In this document: positions 60,719-64,000 of the stretch, piece after piece
How the letters are laid out: each line of letters opens with the position of its first letter
How positions within the stretch are numbered: position 1 is the first letter of the stretch
IMG/VR virus record: IMGVR_UViG_3300025705_000475
From: an uncultured virus (IMG/VR IMGVR_UViG_3300025705_000475)
Lineage: Duplodnaviria > Heunggongvirae > Uroviricota > Caudoviricetes
Direction: 5' to 3' (one strand)
Length of the DNA: 64,000 bases
Position numbers and translations under genes: made by a program
The notes under the pieces: model-generated
What the model was told of the DNA's origin: nothing
Databases searched by the model: none
Seen by the model: the letters and a program-made list of their open reading frames with translations, nothing else

Positions 60719-61315
60719 ATGAAATTTAATAAGAAAGAATTGTTTTATTACTGTAGTAATGAATTACGATATAAAAAATTAAATAAAATAAAAGTACTAA
60801 TCCCTTCATTAGCCTTATTAGTTATATTTTTATTGTTAATCCCTATTAATGAATCATTAATTGGTAATGTATCGAATCATGATAATTTTGAATCTGATAT
60901 TTCAGTAATTAATATTAATGATACTTTAAATGATTTCTCGGAAGATAAATTAATAGATATGTTAATTTCTTTAAATATTAAGTTCCCACATATAGTATTG
61001 GCTCAGGCTAAACTCGAAAGTGGTAACTACTCATCTAAAATATTTAAGGAGAACCATAACCTTTTTGGTATGAAAGAGGCCAGAGTTAGAATACATACAT
61101 CTAAGGGTACTCAATTTAATCATGCATATTATAGTCACTGGAAAGAATCGGTGTATGACTATGCATTTTATCAGTGTCGATATCTATCGACCTTACACAC
61201 AGAAAAAGAATATTATAGTTACCTATCTAAATCTTACGCTGAAGCAAATAACTATGTAGACATATTAAAATCTATGGTTATTAAAGAAAACTTAAAAGAA
61301 AAATTTATATATTAG
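60719..61315 (+). CDS. membrane-anchored GH73 glucosaminidase
   Basis: N-terminal TM helix; LAQAKLESG, NLFGMK, YAE..NY. Confidence 0.8.
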   Translation: MKFNKKELFYYCSNELRYKKLNKIKVLIPSLALLVIFLLLIPINESLIGNVSNHDNFESDISVININDTLNDFSEDKLIDMLISLNIKFPHIVLAQAKLESGNYSSKIFKENHNLFGMKEARVRIHTSKGTQFNHAYYSHWKESVYDYAFYQCRYLSTLHTEKEYYSYLSKSYAEANNYVDILKSMVIKENLKEKFIY

Positions 61316-61348
61316 AATTTTATGTTTATATTAGCCCAAAGAAATAAA

Positions 61349-62026
61349 ATGAAAATCACATTCATATCTGATACACACACAAAACATCATCAGGTAACAT
61401 CACAGTTACCAGGTGGTGATTTACTAATTCATGCTGGGGATTTAATGAATAGTGGACATAATAAAAATGAGATTAATTATTTCTGTGAATGGTTTGAGTC
61501 TCAAGATTACAAACATAAAATTTTTATTGCCGGAAACCATGACAAGATGTTTGAAGACCACCCATTGGAATCAAACACAATTGTAAACAACTATGATGTT
61601 ACTTATCTACAAGATGATGAAGATATTATTGATGGTATAAAAATTTATGGAAGCCCTTGGCAACCTGAGTTTTATGATTGGGCATTTAACTTACCTAAAG
61701 ATGGTGTTGAATTAAAACAAAAGTGGAGTCTAATACCTACAGGTACAGACATATTAATAACTCATGGACCACCATATGGTCATTTAGATACCGTAGTTGG
61801 GCAGTACAATAATCTTGGGTGTAAGATGTTATCTGAACGAATTGAAGTAGTTAAACCTAAGATACATGTCTTTGGTCACATTCATAGTGGATACGGATAT
61901 AAGTTTGAAAATGGTACACATTACATTAATGCGTCTGTTTTAGGTGAAGATTACATTTTTAAAAATAAACCCTTAACAGTGGAGTGGGACCCAAATACGA
62001 ATAAAATTGAATTTTTAGATTATTAA
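61349..62026 (+). CDS. calcineurin-like metallophosphoesterase
   Basis: ISDTH, HAGD, AGNHD, THGPP, FGHIH. Confidence 0.9.
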   Translation: MKITFISDTHTKHHQVTSQLPGGDLLIHAGDLMNSGHNKNEINYFCEWFESQDYKHKIFIAGNHDKMFEDHPLESNTIVNNYDVTYLQDDEDIIDGIKIYGSPWQPEFYDWAFNLPKDGVELKQKWSLIPTGTDILITHGPPYGHLDTVVGQYNNLGCKMLSERIEVVKPKIHVFGHIHSGYGYKFENGTHYINASVLGEDYIFKNKPLTVEWDPNTNKIEFLDY

Positions 62027-62031
62027 TTAAA

Positions 62032-62643
62032 ATGAAATACAAATTAGAAGTTTACGGATGGTCAATGGAGGCGATGGCTCATTCATTAAATGACCAACAA
62101 TTAGAGGATGTGGATATCCTTATGAAAGACAATAACTGTGATGAACTATGGCAGATTAGGTCTGAGTTAGAAGACGTTGTTGACGATATGTGGGGACCCG
62201 ATTTATTTCATATGAACGCACCTTTTTATAACGGTAGTACGTTCTTTAGAGTTGTAGATGAAAATGAAAAAGTAATTTTAGAATTTGATGAGAAAGATTT
62301 GGGTGACTTATATGAAAATGTTGAAGATGTTGATGATTTATACCCCTATGAATCCCATTTCGCTTCACCTAATTACCGTAACGATGGTGTTAAACATATT
62401 ATGTTAGTTGTTGATGAAAATAAAGGTGGATTTTGTGAAATGTTATTTGAATCTGACGAGGAACTTAAACCTGAAGATTTTTCTGTAATGGGAGGTGGTA
62501 TTGATACACCTTTAGGTGAATGGGATTTTATCTCACGTATTTTCTTTAAAGATACCCTACTTGAGATTGACGATTGGTTAGATAATCGAGGTAAAGCGGC
62601 AACATTAGAGATTTATGCTGAAGATGGGAGAATCATACATTAA
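62032..62643 (+). CDS. acidic hypothetical protein
   Basis: 203-aa ORF. Confidence 0.65.
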   Translation: MKYKLEVYGWSMEAMAHSLNDQQLEDVDILMKDNNCDELWQIRSELEDVVDDMWGPDLFHMNAPFYNGSTFFRVVDENEKVILEFDEKDLGDLYENVEDVDDLYPYESHFASPNYRNDGVKHIMLVVDENKGGFCEMLFESDEELKPEDFSVMGGGIDTPLGEWDFISRIFFKDTLLEIDDWLDNRGKAATLEIYAEDGRIIH

Positions 62644-62765
62644 TGAAACTAACTAAAATTAAATTAAATAATCAGAATCGTATGTTACGTATTGGTTTTG
62701 GTTTAAATAAAGGAAATAAATTCTTTAGAATTGATTTATGGTGGATAGGTTACAGATTATCCTAA
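62643..62765 (+). CDS. 40-aa small protein not in the ORF track
   Basis: TAATG-coupled; MKLTKIKLNNQNRMLRIGFGLNKGNKFFRIDLWWIGYRLS. Confidence 0.5.
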   Translation: MKLTKIKLNNQNRMLRIGFGLNKGNKFFRIDLWWIGYRLS

Positions 62766-62772
62766 AATAAAA

Positions 62773-62803
62773 TTTGACAATTGAAATAACTTAACTATAT
62801 TTG
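62773..62803 (+). promoter_or_regulatory. Bacteroidota -33/-7 promoter of the tRNA operon
   Basis: TTTG (62773) - 19 nt - TATATTTG (62796). Confidence 0.8.
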
Positions 62804-62836
62804 TAGAGTACAAACAAGTACAAAACTATTTTAAAA

Positions 62837-62908
62837 ATGAATAAACGAAACACACATAATATAATATTAAGAAACTTATCAAGGATAAGAATCTTTAGTG
62901 TTATGTGA
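62837..62908 (+). CDS. putative attenuator leader peptide (23 aa)
   Basis: MNKRNTHNIILRNLSRIRIFSVM; A-rich 5' UTR; TGA then in-frame TAG; lies between promoter and terminator. Confidence 0.55.
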   Translation: MNKRNTHNIILRNLSRIRIFSVM

Positions 62909-62960
62909 TAGTTCGGTAAAACATAATGTAAAAAATAGACTTAAAGCTATGAAAAAGAAG

Positions 62961-62994
62961 AAGCCCGAACAGAGATGTTCGGGTTTTTTGTTTT
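62961..62994 (+). terminator. intrinsic terminator/attenuator in the tRNA operon leader
   Basis: AAGCCCGAACA-GAGA-TGTTCGGGTTT then TTTGTTTT. Confidence 0.85.
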
Positions 62995-63005
62995 ATATTA
63001 GCAGT

Positions 63006-63017
63006 GTTCTTTGACAT
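63006..63017 (+). promoter_or_regulatory. boxA-like element
   Basis: GTTCTTTGACAT, repeated exactly at 63964-63975. Confidence 0.55.
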
Positions 63018-63054
63018 CAAGATTAAGTAACGACACAGTATTCGGTAAAATACT

Positions 63055-63127
63055 GACCTCTTAGCTCAGCTGGTAGAGCATCACACTTTTAATGTGAGGG
63101 TCCAGGGTTCGAACCCCTGAGGGGTCA
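63055..63127 (+). tRNA. tRNA-Lys(UUU)
   Basis: Cloverleaf; anticodon arm TCACA-CTTTTAA-TGTGA; CCA not encoded. Confidence 0.93.
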
Positions 63128-63187
63128 CTATCGCCAATACTAAATCGAGTTTTGCGCCTCTACATAAAATATGGGTGTTTTCAACAT

Positions 63188-63261
63188 GGGGATGTAGCTC
63201 AGTTGGTTAGAGCAGGACTCTTATATGGTCAAGGTCGTAGGTTCAATTCCTACCGTCCCTA
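63188..63261 (+). tRNA. tRNA-Ile(UAU)
   Basis: Cloverleaf; anticodon loop CTTATAT; G1:U72 pair; T-arm GTAGG-TTCAATT-CCTAC. Confidence 0.85.
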
Positions 63262-63337
63262 CAATTAAATTAATTTAATAAAATAGTTGTTACTTAATCA
63301 TTTGTACCGTACATTTACAGTATTGGAAGATATAGAT

Positions 63338-63423
63338 GCCGAAGTGGTGGAATTGGTAGACACGAGGGACTTAAAATCCCTTGGACAGTAATGTCCGTGA
63401 CGGTTCGAGCCCGTCCTTCGGTA
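63338..63423 (+). tRNA. tRNA-Leu(UAA)
   Basis: AGGGA-CTTAAAA-TCCCT; long variable arm GGACA-GTAA-TGTCC. Confidence 0.93.
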
Positions 63424-63605
63424 CACAGATAGGGAGTTATCCAATACGCGTTGGAACTAGATAACTTTAAAATAGAACCCTATCTTTTACATGTACCCAA
63501 CATACAGTTTAAGAGAGGTAGTGAAGCTACAATGATATAGAAAAAGGTAAGGGTTAACCTCTATATCGTAGTAACCCCGAAAGACCCGAAACCTCTCTTT
63601 TACAT

Positions 63606-63679
63606 GCACCCATAGCTCAGCTGGATAGAGCATCTGCCTTCTAAGCAGACGGTCTCAGGTTCGAATCCTGATGGGTGTA
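63606..63679 (+). tRNA. tRNA-Arg(UCU)
   Basis: TCTGC-CTTCTAA-GCAGA; acceptor stem GCACCCA/TGGGTGT. Confidence 0.93.
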
Positions 63680-63882
63680 CTAACGTGTCAAAGTAACATT
63701 GACTAATGCGTCATACATGAAGAGAAATAAGGTAGAATCCTTATAGTGACTAATCAACTAGTGAGAATGCTAGTCGGAGTTTGAGTTCTCCTAATAAATA
63801 AAAACTTTATTCCTAACCAATATTGTTTATACTCTATTGGGACATCCGTGACAGTTGTAGTTGGATAAAATAGACTGTTAAC

Positions 63883-63956
63883 GGACTTTTAGCTCAGTTG
63901 GTTAGAGCACCGCACTCATAATGCGTAGGTCGATGGTTCGAGTCCATCAAGGTCCA
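63883..63956 (+). tRNA. tRNA with CAU anticodon, probably Ile2 (lysidine type) rather than Met
   Basis: Loop CTCATAA; acceptor GGACTTT/AAGGTCC resembles bacterial Ile2 tRNAs as I recall them; no initiator C1:A72 or GGG/CCC. Confidence 0.8.
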
Positions 63957-64000
63957 CTAGTGAGTTCTTTGACATAAAAAATAAATTAAAAAATAGAAAT

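Noticed and set aside
62912..63050. TTCGGTAAAA repeated at 62912 and 63041
   Set aside because: Only 10 nt in AT-rich DNA; the second copy lies in a small hairpin before tRNA-Lys; no supportable function on its own.
63511..63599. Hammerhead, theta/HDV ribozyme or c-di-GMP-II riboswitch assignment
   Set aside because: No CUGANGA core, not directly adjacent to a tRNA 3' end, and only loose topological resemblance; kept as an unassigned RNA.
1..64000. Stop-codon reassignment as seen in some large phages
   Set aside because: Conserved genes are full length in the standard code, TAA, TAG and TGA all end genes, and no suppressor tRNA is seen in this window.

Overview
AT-rich 64-kb segment of a large T4-like (jumbo) tailed phage read in the standard genetic code. 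The host is most likely Bacteroidota (Flavobacteria-like): at least 10 TAnnTTTG promoters, a Flavobacterium-type bS21 and a DUF4494-like gene support this. The window holds the head-morphogenesis module (major capsid protein, scaffold, prohead protease, portal, large terminase) with an oppositely oriented rpsU, a probable baseplate spike and a gp55-like sigma factor. Many late genes are preceded by a TATTTAT motif, and many of their proteins start with similar N-terminal peptides ending in (L/I/V)xE. It also has glycosylation and 2OG-Fe(II) oxygenase genes, a ClpC/UVR/peptidase cluster, a tmRNA, cell-wall enzymes, an APS-kinase mini-operon and the start of a tRNA array (Lys-UUU, Ile-UAU, Leu-UAA, Arg-UCU, CAU probably Ile2). 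Best candidate for a new system: upstream of the tRNA array is a host-type promoter, a 23-codon leader ORF rich in the codons these tRNAs read, mutually exclusive hairpins, an intrinsic terminator and a boxA-like site. This looks like a trp-style ribosome-stalling attenuator that turns on phage tRNAs when the matching tRNAs are scarce. All family calls come from motif recognition by eye; no database search was run.
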